A stretch of 20,000 nt of DNA, taken from an uncultured virus (IMG/VR IMGVR_UViG_3300031802_000001). Lineage: Duplodnaviria > Heunggongvirae > Uroviricota > Caudoviricetes. The position numbers and the translations under genes are program-made. This document shows positions 1 through 8,908 of the stretch, piece after piece. The notes beneath the pieces are model-generated. The model ran no database searches. It was given only the letters and a program-made list of their open reading frames with translations, and was not told where the DNA came from. How positions within the stretch are numbered: the stretch's first letter is position 1; each line of letters begins with the position of its first letter. The stretch is taken from IMG/VR virus record IMGVR_UViG_3300031802_000001; one strand, given 5' to 3'.

Positions 1-368
1 ATATTTGTTTCAAGATATTTTTGATAATCAATAGTACTTGCGTCTTGACTTATTAACTCTCCATTACAATGTATTTCAAAAAAGTTAGGTTTAATTCCTC
101 TTCTAACAATATACTCTTTTGGTCCTACACTAAAATATAATTCAACCTCACAACCACCATTATTAATAGTATTCACCATTTGGTCTTTCTTAATAATACG
201 AAACGGTCTATTAAATAATGCAAAACATAAAGCGTCTAATAGAGTTGACTTACCACTTCCATTTGAGCCTATAATTAAAGTTAAATGAGATTTATTTAAA
301 TCAATGACAATTGGAACATTGCCAGTTGATAAAAAATTCTTGTAAGATATTTTCTTAAACTGTATCAT
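1..368 (-). CDS. gp46: gp46 recombination endonuclease subunit (SbcC/Rad50-like ATPase), N-terminal part; runs off the left edge
   Basis: Not in the ORF track. Manual translation from ATG at 368: MIQFKKISYKNFLSTGNVPIVIDLNKSHLTLIIGSNGSGKSTLLDALCFALFNRPFR, with Walker A GSNGSGKS and the typical gp46 N-terminus; downstream of gp47. Confidence 0.95.
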   Translation of the reverse strand, partial: MIQFKKISYKNFLSTGNVPIVIDLNKSHLTLIIGSNGSGKSTLLDALCFALFNRPFRIIKKDQMVNTINNGGCEVELYFSVGPKEYIVRRGIKPNFFEIHCNGELISQDASTIDYQKYLETN

Positions 369-404
369 AATATAATTTATTCACTTTTTAAAAATAATTA
401 TTTA

Positions 405-1196
405 TTATTTCTTTGGACGACCTGCGTCAGCAGCGAGTCCAGCTATATCTTCGGATTCTTGCATTGGTACATCCTGAAGGTTAGGTAGTTCCGCTGTTGA
501 TTTTTTAGTAGGGTGTATAAAATATAAATTACCAGATACACTTATTCTTTCTCCTGGAGATTTAAAAGGTATTACTTCGTGTCTTGTCTGAGCAGGAAAT
601 ATCCACATATATCCTTCTTGAGGTAAATATCCGTGGGAATGTTCTGCCCATTGTGGATTAGAATGTTCGCCATAATGAAATAATACACCACCTGGAGCAA
701 AACTTTTGCCTTCGTATTTTTTTCTTTCTTCATCTAAATTTGGTGTTTTTAAATATATAATCCAAGTTAACATTCCTTTATGTATGTGTTCAGTATTAAA
801 ATCATTTGCTTTCATATAATTAATCCACAAACCCATTAATGCATATGATTTTGACCAACTTGGTTCTGAATATGTCTGCTTAACCCATTTACAAGTTCCT
901 TCAACATATTCATTTACATAAGGTTGAAACTCTTGTACGAACCACTTTTTATCTTCCATAGTATAATCTCTTTGGTCAACCATTAAGCCTGCTAGGTGTT
1001 TATTAGCTGAACCTTTTGTTTTTTCTTTGCCTCTTTTTAAAAGTCCATTTATTAATTCTTTATGGGCTTTAAAATGTGCAACATATGGTCCAAAATTTAA
1101 AAATCCTAATGTTTCTATTTTCCTATCGCTACCTTCACCTTCATAAAGCGTGTGACTGCCACCACCACCACCAAAAGGTATATTATTAACTGCCAT
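405..1196 (-). CDS. Putative 2OG-Fe(II) oxygenase (TIGR02466-like, HxH...H type)
   Basis: WINYMKANDFNTEHIHKGMLTWIIYL ... EGYMWIFPAQTRHEV ... ERISVSGN: HxH, distal His and RxS co-substrate motif. Confidence 0.8.
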   Translation of the reverse strand: MAVNNIPFGGGGGSHTLYEGEGSDRKIETLGFLNFGPYVAHFKAHKELINGLLKRGKEKTKGSANKHLAGLMVDQRDYTMEDKKWFVQEFQPYVNEYVEGTCKWVKQTYSEPSWSKSYALMGLWINYMKANDFNTEHIHKGMLTWIIYLKTPNLDEERKKYEGKSFAPGGVLFHYGEHSNPQWAEHSHGYLPQEGYMWIFPAQTRHEVIPFKSPGERISVSGNLYFIHPTKKSTAELPNLQDVPMQESEDIAGLAADAGRPKK

Positions 1197-2253
1197 TTTC
1201 TCCTACCTCCGTATATAATTCTTTAGTATAATCTTTTAATTTCTGTTTGTCAAGGTTGGTATCAAGTTGGTCTATATATTTACCTAAAAACGTAAGTGTA
1301 TCTTCACCTTGTTCTAATATATCTTCTCTTACACTAGATGTTACATCTCCTGAATCTTCAAAAATATTTAACTCATATATGTTCAATGTATCATATAGTC
1401 TTGCAACAAACTTATCATACATATCATCATCTGTTTTTTGAGATATAAACATTTTAATAAAACTATTATCATATCTTTCTATATCTAATTTATTATAATC
1501 TGTTTTTGTATCATCATAAACTATTTTCTTAAATATTCTTAATGGGTTAGATATCCTTGTTAACTCTCTTGTTTGTGTATCAAAAATATGAAACCCTTTT
1601 GAGTCTTTATAATCATTCCAAGTTATTTCAAATTGTGTACCTAGATAATAAATATGACCGTCATCTGATTTTTTATGAAAATGTCCTGATATAACTTTTT
1701 CAAATCTTTTAAATACAGCTCTATCTAAACCTTGTTCGTTCATAAATCCTCGGTTCATTTCAAACCCTTTAATTTCTAAATGCCCCATTAAAATTTCAGA
1801 ATTACTATGTTCAATTGCGTGTATAGATTCATCATAAGTTTCATCACATATCCAAGGCATAAACAAAATATTTAAACCATCAAAGGTAACTTCTTTTGGA
1901 TTTGCATAAACCCAAGGTTCATTTACACCATCATATGTTGTACAAAGTTCTGTAATTGCATTTACTTGATTTGTATTCTTATAATATGTATCGTGGTTGC
2001 CTAATATAATATGAGTATCTACCTCTTCTTCCCACAATCGTTTCATAAATTTTTGCCTAAAAAAATTGGCAGTTTTAAAATTTATAAACTTACGTCTATC
2101 AACTACATCTCCTAAATGTATTAATGTTTTTATTTTATGTTTTTTTATAAAAGGAAAAAATATTTCATCATAAAACCTTTGTTGATAATGTGCAAAATGT
2201 GGACTATCATTCCGACAACCAAAATGTGTATCATTTAATAGTGCTATTTTCAT
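1186..2253 (-). CDS. gp47: gp47 recombination endonuclease subunit (SbcD/Mre11-like metallophosphoesterase)
   Basis: Motifs NDTHFG, LGDVVDRR, GNHD, MGHLE, SGHFH; position between gp55 and gp46. Confidence 0.95.
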   Translation of the reverse strand: MKIALLNDTHFGCRNDSPHFAHYQQRFYDEIFFPFIKKHKIKTLIHLGDVVDRRKFINFKTANFFRQKFMKRLWEEEVDTHIILGNHDTYYKNTNQVNAITELCTTYDGVNEPWVYANPKEVTFDGLNILFMPWICDETYDESIHAIEHSNSEILMGHLEIKGFEMNRGFMNEQGLDRAVFKRFEKVISGHFHKKSDDGHIYYLGTQFEITWNDYKDSKGFHIFDTQTRELTRISNPLRIFKKIVYDDTKTDYNKLDIERYDNSFIKMFISQKTDDDMYDKFVARLYDTLNIYELNIFEDSGDVTSSVREDILEQGEDTLTFLGKYIDQLDTNLDKQKLKDYTKELYTEVGENGS

Positions 2254-3806
2254 TGATAATAATTTTCTAATATAAAGTCGTGATAACTTTGATACTTTTC
2301 AGCTGCTTTATTCCACATTTCTTTACGTTTATCTAATTTATTCATATACGGTTCCATAAATTCTTTTATTTCTTCTTCAGTCTTATGTGTAAGATATACT
2401 AAATTAGGTAAATCTTGTGGTGCCCAATTGAAACCAGCCGCTATATAATGTAATCCACTATTACCAGCCTTTTCAGGAGGGTCCACAGTATATTCCCAAT
2501 TAACAGTTCTTTGTAAAGCAATTGCTAAATATCCTTGCAAAATTTTAGCTTTCATAGTAACTAAACTTTCTTCCCAATCTCTATTGTTATTTGCTTTCCA
2601 ATATTCAGTATCATTTCTTGTTGATAAAGAATAATGCAACCCAACAAATTCAGCAAACCCATAATAGATAGTTTTACAGGCAAATGTGAAGTTGTCTTTG
2701 TCCCATTGTGTAATTTCACCTCTTCTTAAATTTCTTACAAGTGCTATTAAAAATTCGTGTATTGAAAACAAACCATTACTTTCTAATGGTTCAATAAATC
2801 CATTAGCTAAACCTATAGCAACAACATTTTTTACAAATAATCTATGGTATATACCACACTTCATTTTAATGTTTCTAAATTCGTGTTTTTCAGTACCAAA
2901 CCCAGGTCGTACCTTTGCTAAATGATTTTTAAATTCTTTTAAAGCAGTTTTATCATCTACAAATTTATCTGAATAAACATAACCTGCACCAACTCTACTC
3001 CACAATGGTATATTCCATACCCAGCCATTTTCTATTGCTGTGCAATTAGTAAAAGATTCCACTTCTTTAGTTTTATCTACATAAGGTATCTTGGTTACCC
3101 ACGCTTTATTATTTGGTAGTTTAGGGATAGGTTCAAAAGGTTCTTTTAATGCACCTCCTAAAAGCATTGATTTAAAACCTGTACAATCAACAAATAAATC
3201 TGCTTTATGTTTGTTTAAGGAAACAATACCATTTTCATCTTGTTTAATATCTTTTACATCTTCTTGAATATATTTGACACCTCTAGGGATACAATAATGA
3301 TCCTTTAACCATAGACCAAATTTAATTGCGTCAAACTGATAAGCAGAATCAGTTGATGTATCAAAACCATAGAATTTATTAGCACCCTTACTTTGATTAA
3401 CTAGTGCCATAACAGAAGAAAAACAATCAGCATAATCTGAAACTGGTGTTTTTGGATAAAATTCCTTTTTAATCCACCAATCATTATAATTTAATTTAGT
3501 TCCTTCTATGGCAGGAATACCAAAAGGATAGTGAAACGGCGCCTCGCCTTTTCCATTAAAGTCTGTAAACTTAATACTAAATTTAATAGTGCCATCTGTA
3601 TGTTTTAAAAATTCTTTATCATCTATTCCTAGATAATGTGTCCATTGTTTAACTTTTGATATTGTGCTTTCACCAACTGATATTGTAGGAACTTTAGGTG
3701 ATTCTAATACAGTTATATCTTTATCAGGAAAAGCTCTTATTAAAGTTGAAGCTGTCATCCAACCAGCGGAACCTCCTCCGACTATTAAAATCTTATCACA
3801 TTTCAT
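2250..3806 (-). CDS. Flavin-dependent halogenase (tryptophan halogenase PrnA/RebH-like family)
   Basis: GGGSAG FAD motif, VGEST, Lys75 in DGTIKFSIKF (PrnA K79-equivalent by eye), DLFVDCTGF, WVWNIP (WxWxIP), FIEPLESNG. Confidence 0.9.
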   Translation of the reverse strand: MKCDKILIVGGGSAGWMTASTLIRAFPDKDITVLESPKVPTISVGESTISKVKQWTHYLGIDDKEFLKHTDGTIKFSIKFTDFNGKGEAPFHYPFGIPAIEGTKLNYNDWWIKKEFYPKTPVSDYADCFSSVMALVNQSKGANKFYGFDTSTDSAYQFDAIKFGLWLKDHYCIPRGVKYIQEDVKDIKQDENGIVSLNKHKADLFVDCTGFKSMLLGGALKEPFEPIPKLPNNKAWVTKIPYVDKTKEVESFTNCTAIENGWVWNIPLWSRVGAGYVYSDKFVDDKTALKEFKNHLAKVRPGFGTEKHEFRNIKMKCGIYHRLFVKNVVAIGLANGFIEPLESNGLFSIHEFLIALVRNLRRGEITQWDKDNFTFACKTIYYGFAEFVGLHYSLSTRNDTEYWKANNNRDWEESLVTMKAKILQGYLAIALQRTVNWEYTVDPPEKAGNSGLHYIAAGFNWAPQDLPNLVYLTHKTEEEIKEFMEPYMNKLDKRKEMWNKAAEKYQSYHDFILENYYQ

Positions 3807-4339
3807 TGTCTACCTTTTTTTTTTAACTTCTTTTTCTTTTTTGGTATTTCTACTGGTGGGGTATTCTTCCTTAAAAATTCTGTAAATTGATTCTTAAACT
3901 CTCTATCTTCACCTGGTTGCAATGTCATATCATCATAATTTGCTTCTTGAATCATACGGTGTTTAATTGTAACTTGTTTTTTCTCTTTCTGTATTCTCCG
4001 TACAAAAGCATAATAGATAATTTGTGTAAAATATGCAAATGGATTAGTTGATTTTCTTGGGTTAAAATTGTCCAAATATTGTAAACAATTCTCTATACCA
4101 TCTGATATCATATCATCACGATAAGTATAGTTAATAAAATTTGGTCTATATGAGAGGTGATTCGCTATCTTTAAAAAACACTCGCCTATATAATCTGGTA
4201 CAGGCGGTTTAGTTACTTTTACTATCTTCGCTTTATTTACAGACCTTTTATACAATTTCATTGCCTGTAAAAATTCCTTATTATTTACATAATGTTCTGG
4301 TTTTTTCTTATATTTAATTTTTGTAGTCTGTGTATTCAT
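3803..4339 (-). CDS. gp55: gp55 late-transcription sigma factor
   Basis: HYVNNKEF, YIGECFLKIANHLSYRPNFINYTYRDDMISDGIENCLQY and NPFAYFTQIIYYAFVRRIQKEKKQ are characteristic of gp55. Confidence 0.96.
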   Translation of the reverse strand: MNTQTTKIKYKKKPEHYVNNKEFLQAMKLYKRSVNKAKIVKVTKPPVPDYIGECFLKIANHLSYRPNFINYTYRDDMISDGIENCLQYLDNFNPRKSTNPFAYFTQIIYYAFVRRIQKEKKQVTIKHRMIQEANYDDMTLQPGEDREFKNQFTEFLRKNTPPVEIPKKKKKLKKKGRQ

Positions 4340-4348
4340 AATAGGTAT

Positions 4349-4377
4349 ATAATACTACATTTTTTTTAGATTGTCAA
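4349..4377 (-). promoter_or_regulatory. sigma70-type promoter for gp55
   Basis: Minus strand TTGACA (4377-4372), 17 nt spacer, TATTAT (4354-4349); the gp55 ATG follows after 9 nt. Confidence 0.7.
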
Positions 4378-4391
4378 TGCTCTAACCAACA

Positions 4392-4419
4392 TTGACTTTT
4401 CACATTTTTTGTGTATAAT
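4392..4419 (+). promoter_or_regulatory. sigma70-type promoter on the plus strand, antisense to the upstream operon
   Basis: TTGACT (4392-4397), 16 nt spacer, TATAAT (4414-4419); followed directly by the inverted repeat GGACTA-TG-TAGTCC (4420-4433). Confidence 0.6.
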
Positions 4420-4453
4420 GGACTATGTAGTCCTATGAGAAAGCTCCAGAGTG

Positions 4454-4888
4454 CTAGTGGAGAGTTCTCTTTGGTCCTCTAGATTCTTTAAATATTTCAT
4501 TTAATAGTTCGTTATCTTCATCATTCATCCGTTCTTGATGATAGATTTTTGTCTTGGACTTTTTAGGTGAATCTAACTGGTCATACTCTTTTGCAAGATT
4601 TAAATAGCTTTTTGATATATCGCCACCAGCAGTTGTTATAGTTAATATCTTATCTTTTGGGATAGTAATAATTTTGTCTGGTGTGTAATTTGTCCATTTT
4701 ATTAAAGCTATATAATCTCTCACTCCCATAGGTGTCATTTGTGGGATGTATTTAATTTGTAGAGGTTTATTTAATCTCATTAATGGTGATTTATCAGGCA
4801 ATTGTTTATCACCTAACGGCATATGAGTAACTATATCATCACCATTTGTAAGTTTAATAATTTTTATATTAGCTTGTATGTCTGCCAT
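4454..4888 (-). CDS. Conserved hypothetical protein typical of the uvsW-gp55 interval of marine T4-like phages
   Basis: IKIIKLTNGDDIV N-terminus, C-terminal TLH, AGGA RBS-like sequence; overlaps the uvsW end by 20 nt. Confidence 0.75.
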   Translation of the reverse strand: MADIQANIKIIKLTNGDDIVTHMPLGDKQLPDKSPLMRLNKPLQIKYIPQMTPMGVRDYIALIKWTNYTPDKIITIPKDKILTITTAGGDISKSYLNLAKEYDQLDSPKKSKTKIYHQERMNDEDNELLNEIFKESRGPKRTLH

Positions 4889-6356
4889 TTCCTAACTCTA
4901 TGTTATGGATTTCATAATCAAAGTCTTCATCATTGTATATATTTATACGCTCCCTAAAGTGTTGTAAAGTGTAATTTTCCTTTTCCCCATAGGAAAGGTC
5001 GTCAGCAATATCATATAATGTTGCGTGTGATTTGTTATCTTTTAATCGTAATCCTCTTCCAATAGATTGTAAATTTCTTATACGAGATTTACTAGGGCTA
5101 CTAAAAACAATATTGTGTAAATTACGGATATTAATGCCAGTGCTGAACGTCCCATAAGAAGCGACAATAATCGCATTGTCAGACTTTTCGGTAATTGCTC
5201 TAACTTGTTCTCTTTCATTTGCTTCCACTCCTCCGTGGATATAGAAAATAGGTCGGTCACCTGCCTTTTCTTTTATTAATTGATATAATAGTTTACCGTG
5301 CTTTTCTACGTATTGAAACAAACATAAAGTGTTGCCGTGTAAATTAGTGGCCAAGTTCTTAATGTATTTATTCCTTTTTTCATTTGAAATTAAAAAATTT
5401 ATCTCTTCCTGATAAGATTTATTTTTTAAAAAATCTCTTTGTTGTTTGCTGTATTGTAAAACCAAACAAAAAATTTTGAGTTTGGCTAGTTGTTCTTTGT
5501 CTTGTAGTTCAGTAGTAGATATAACCTTGTTTACAGGACCAAAAAGTCCTTCTAAAACAAGCTTATGTGTCTTACTATCGTCTAAAGTTCCTGTACAACC
5601 AACCTTATATGGGCATTGCACCAACTTTGTACATATCTTGGTAAGTGAAACCGCCTTAAATAAATGTGCTTCGTCACCAACTATCATACCAAATTGTTTA
5701 AACCACGTCTTTGGAAGATTATATATTGATTGCCAAGTAGATATAATTACTTTCTTATCAGTATCTTTACTATGACCTTCATATATTCTATGGATATTCT
5801 TTTCATTATCCCAACCATAATCTTTAAAATCTTTATATAATTGTTCTACCAATGATGTGGTAGGTACTATAACTAATATCTTCTTATCTTTTAATCTTAA
5901 TAAGTTAAATCTTACTAATAGATAAACAATAAGTGATTTTCCACTAGCAGTTGGTGATAATAATAAACAACGTTTTTTCTTTATAGCGTGTATAAATGCT
6001 TCTTTTTGATAATCCCTAACCTCCATTGGTATCTTTAAGGCTTCAATAAATTCAGGAAGACATAAAGTATTTACTTTAGTATCTTCTATCTTGGTACCAT
6101 CAACAACTTCTATATTGTTTTCTTTACACCAATGTAAAATATAAGGATAAAGACCAACGTATATCTGTCCAGTTGCATATGAAAATAATCTTATCTTGCC
6201 GTCCCATACTCTCTTACGAAATTGAGGCATAAATCTAAAACCAGGTACTTGAAAAGTAAAATGTTCTCCAAGTTCTCGTCTGATAGATTCGTCTGCTTCT
6301 ATTTTTAAATAAACATCATCTTTTTTATCAATGATTAGGTATCTTAAAGGATTCAT
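4869..6356 (-). CDS. uvsW: UvsW SF2 DNA helicase
   Basis: RDYQ Q-motif, SPTASGKS Walker A, GDEAH Walker B, GCTGT, STGINI, QSIGRGLR; follows uvsY. Confidence 0.96.
   Translation of the reverse strand: MNPLRYLIIDKKDDVYLKIEADESIRRELGEHFTFQVPGFRFMPQFRKRVWDGKIRLFSYATGQIYVGLYPYILHWCKENNIEVVDGTKIEDTKVNTLCLPEFIEALKIPMEVRDYQKEAFIHAIKKKRCLLLSPTASGKSLIVYLLVRFNLLRLKDKKILVIVPTTSLVEQLYKDFKDYGWDNEKNIHRIYEGHSKDTDKKVIISTWQSIYNLPKTWFKQFGMIVGDEAHLFKAVSLTKICTKLVQCPYKVGCTGTLDDSKTHKLVLEGLFGPVNKVISTTELQDKEQLAKLKIFCLVLQYSKQQRDFLKNKSYQEEINFLISNEKRNKYIKNLATNLHGNTLCLFQYVEKHGKLLYQLIKEKAGDRPIFYIHGGVEANEREQVRAITEKSDNAIIVASYGTFSTGINIRNLHNIVFSSPSKSRIRNLQSIGRGLRLKDNKSHATLYDIADDLSYGEKENYTLQHFRERINIYNDEDFDYEIHNIELGNGRHTS
4940..4947 (-). 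promoter_or_regulatory. Possible T4-type late promoter (TATAAATA) inside the uvsW 3' end
   Basis: Exact TATAAATA about 50 nt upstream of the ATG at 4888. It lies within codons RINI, so it may be coincidental. Confidence 0.4.
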
Positions 6357-6785
6357 TTAAATCGCTCCAGATGTAAATTTCTTCCAATCAATAGCGTTTT
6401 TTATTGTAAATGTTCTGTTTGATATTTGTCTAACCGTTCTATCTAAAAAGTCAACTACAGTATTAAGATAGTCCGATTTTTGTTTGAGTTTAATAATGTC
6501 TTCGTCTGAATCAATATACTTGTCAACATCTTGTCTTAATATTTTTAAGTTAAAAGGTTTTTCAGCATAAACACTAGGGTCTGCTTTACCTGTATAGTAT
6601 TCCCATTTCTGTTTTTTAATTATATGGAATTCACTTTCATTTCTGCTCAGCATTAACTTAAACTTTGTTAAAAGTTTCATATATTTGTTATGTATTTGAG
6701 GTGTTTTGATTGATTCTAAATCAAGTTCACTATCGTTAATTTTTAAGTCTTTGTCAACTAATTCTTGGATTTCTTCTAGATTCAT
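6357..6785 (-). CDS. uvsY: UvsY recombination mediator
   Basis: DLKINDSELDLESIKTPQIHNKY ... WEYYTGKA ... IKNAIDWKKFTSG; 142 aa; directly upstream of uvsW. Confidence 0.93.
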   Translation of the reverse strand: MNLEEIQELVDKDLKINDSELDLESIKTPQIHNKYMKLLTKFKLMLSRNESEFHIIKKQKWEYYTGKADPSVYAEKPFNLKILRQDVDKYIDSDEDIIKLKQKSDYLNTVVDFLDRTVRQISNRTFTIKNAIDWKKFTSGAI

Positions 6786-6791
6786 ATTAAT

Positions 6792-6820
6792 AATATATCA
6801 TACTATAATGAAAAAGTAAA
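6792..6820 (-). promoter_or_regulatory. sigma70-like (early/middle) promoter for uvsY-uvsW
   Basis: TTTACT (6820-6815), 17 nt spacer, TATATT (6797-6792) preceded by TGn; the ATG is 6 nt downstream. Confidence 0.5.
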
Positions 6821-6826
6821 GTCTAA

Positions 6827-7453
6827 TTACGAGGTTGTTACAGTAGTTTGTCCACTTCCTGTTGCAAATTCATATATTTTGTATTGCATTGTTACAATTG
6901 CTGTTAAATATTGAACGTCTGTAGCTCCTGTGTCATATTGTAAACCAGTTAATGCTGTTGGGAATACGTCTGAAAATCTAACTTCAATATTTGGTGTATT
7001 TTTACTTGTTAAAATATTAAGTGTTGCGTCTGAATAAACACCACCTGTACTAGTTGCTTTATATTTAACTTTACCTGCGTCTGTTAATTGATTCGCTCCA
7101 GTAGATGTTGGAAATCTATCTGAACCACTACGTAATAGGTCTCTAAATTCTTTTCTATCACTAGGAAAACCTAAACCAACTAACCAACCGTGTATCTCTC
7201 TATAGTTTTCTAAATTTTCATCAACTAAAAAAGTCATTGAAAGAGGACTATAGTCAAGTTTATCTCCAGGAATAGGTATATCTTTTAATGGTGTTTCTTG
7301 TACCATTGCACCTCCTAAAGAAATTCCAGGCAAATTTACAGCAGTACAAAAGAATTCTACTTTTGGAAGTTTTGTAATATTAAACTTAAACTGCGTTGGA
7401 CTTGCATAATCAAATTTTGTAGGTTGTCTGTCTAGTGCTTTTGTAGTTGTCAT
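6827..7453 (-). CDS. gp3: gp3-like tail completion / tail-tube terminator protein (start revised to ATG 7453)
   Basis: MTTTKALDRQPTKFDYASPTQFKFNITKLPKVEFFCTAVNLPGI ... FLVDENLENY ... FPTALTGL; position between gp23 and uvsY. The track's longer start (7537) would run through a terminator and a late promoter. Confidence 0.8.
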   Translation of the reverse strand: MTTTKALDRQPTKFDYASPTQFKFNITKLPKVEFFCTAVNLPGISLGGAMVQETPLKDIPIPGDKLDYSPLSMTFLVDENLENYREIHGWLVGLGFPSDRKEFRDLLRSGSDRFPTSTGANQLTDAGKVKYKATSTGGVYSDATLNILTSKNTPNIEVRFSDVFPTALTGLQYDTGATDVQYLTAIVTMQYKIYEFATGSGQTTVTTS

Positions 7454-7458
7454 AATAC

Positions 7459-7466
7459 TATTTATA
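7459..7466 (-). promoter_or_regulatory. T4-type late promoter for the gp3-like gene
   Basis: TATAAATA followed by GTATT-ATG, just downstream of the gp23 terminator. Confidence 0.85.
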
Positions 7467-7479
7467 TGGGCTCCAGGCC

Positions 7480-7510
7480 AAAAAAAAGGGTGCCTAAAAA
7501 GACACCCTTT
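7480..7510 (-). terminator. Rho-independent terminator after gp23
   Basis: Minus strand AAAGGGTGTCT-TTTT-AGGCACCC followed by a T8 run. Confidence 0.9.
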
Positions 7511-7545
7511 AAATCTGTTTGTTCTAAAAATGAACAACCAATATA

Positions 7546-8886
7546 TTACATCAAGTTCGCAACTTGAACCCTTTGGTAATATCTGTTAGAATTTGCACTT
7601 CCAGCGTCATTTACTGCCGTAGCAGCACCTGTTTGAGCACCAGTTTCAGCGAAAGGATTAGCAACTAATCCGTATCGTGTCTTGAAGCCAATTTTTGGTT
7701 GGAATGTGTCTTGACCAACAGCACGTACCATTTGTAAAGGTACATATGGGCAATAAAATAATCCTGCGTCATATGGTGAAGTACCTTTATATCCAACAAC
7801 ATAATACTGTTTAGCAGTACTATTTGCTGAGTATGGGTCAATGTAAACTTTGAATCTACCGTTAAGAACACCTGCAAATGTATTGCCTGTGTCATCAACA
7901 TTTAAATTGTTATTCAAAGCTGGAGTATAATCTAATACGCCTGCCATTTGAAGAGCCGAAGCTACGTCAGATGAACAAACAATTAAATTACCTTTTCCTC
8001 TACGAGTTCTTTGAGCGATTCTATTTGCGTCACGTTCCAATTGGAACATTAAGCCTTTAAATCTTTCAACAGACCATCTACCATTTGAGTCTGTATCTAA
8101 ATCAAAGATACCTGCAGTTGTTACGTTACCAGTTTGAGCACCAACTTCTGCATTTATGTAAATTGTTCTTACAACTTCTCGGTTAATTTCTGCTAAAATT
8201 TCAGCAGATAAGATGTTTGCAAGTTCTGTTTCAGCGTCTAAACCGTGGATTGCTTTTAAATCTTGAGCAAGTTCCATAGTATATTCCGCTTTCAGAGCAC
8301 GTGATTTAGCAGTTACAGTTGATTTCTCAATTGAAAATGCCATTTCAGCAAAAGCGTTTCCGCTTGCGTCTCCAAGTGCTTCAGCAGCAGCTGTTGTCAT
8401 TGCAGTACCTTTTGTGTAGGTACCTGGTGAACCATCATTTAGTACTGATGGATTTGCGCCAGCTTGTTCAGTCGTTGAATACCCGCCTGTTGCCGATCCA
8501 GCAGCATTTCTGCCTGAAAAATCGGAATCAGCTTCGTCAAAGAATGATTCTGCGCCAGCTTGTGAAGTATATCTACTTCTCATAGCGAAAATAAGTCCTG
8601 TTGGACCTGTCATTGGTTGCACACCTGCTATATCGTATGCGATTAGATTAGGCATAGCTCTTCGTACTAAACTAATTAGGATTGGATCCCAATTTGCTAC
8701 AGCACTACCTGTTGCGTTAGTCGGAGCTGCTTCTGCCAAGTACGAGTTATCTTCTTTAGAAGCTCTTTCTTGGTTTTCTAATATTACAGATGTTACGGCA
8801 CGTCTATAAGCGTCCTTAATTTTTGGTAAATCAGGATGCTCTAGTACTGGCTGCCATTTCTTTTCATTTGTTTCAGATAAGTACAT
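7546..8886 (-). CDS. gp23: gp23 major capsid protein
   Basis: DPILISLVRRAMPNLIAYDIAGVQPMTGPTGLIFAMRSRY, KSRALKAEYTMELAQDLKAIHGLDAETELANILS, FQPKIGFKTRYG; GGAG RBS. Confidence 0.99.
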   Translation of the reverse strand: MYLSETNEKKWQPVLEHPDLPKIKDAYRRAVTSVILENQERASKEDNSYLAEAAPTNATGSAVANWDPILISLVRRAMPNLIAYDIAGVQPMTGPTGLIFAMRSRYTSQAGAESFFDEADSDFSGRNAAGSATGGYSTTEQAGANPSVLNDGSPGTYTKGTAMTTAAAEALGDASGNAFAEMAFSIEKSTVTAKSRALKAEYTMELAQDLKAIHGLDAETELANILSAEILAEINREVVRTIYINAEVGAQTGNVTTAGIFDLDTDSNGRWSVERFKGLMFQLERDANRIAQRTRRGKGNLIVCSSDVASALQMAGVLDYTPALNNNLNVDDTGNTFAGVLNGRFKVYIDPYSANSTAKQYYVVGYKGTSPYDAGLFYCPYVPLQMVRAVGQDTFQPKIGFKTRYGLVANPFAETGAQTGAATAVNDAGSANSNRYYQRVQVANLM

Positions 8887-8908
8887 ATGTTTTTATCTCC
8901 CTTAATAT

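Noticed and set aside
7454..7537. 28-aa N-terminal extension of the gp3-like ORF given by the track
   Set aside because: It spans the gp23 terminator and the late promoter; ATG 7453 fits better.
5078..7901. Nested minus-strand ORFs 5078..5260 and 7665..7901
   Set aside because: Short alternative-frame ORFs inside uvsW and gp23 with no recognisable motif or supporting signal.
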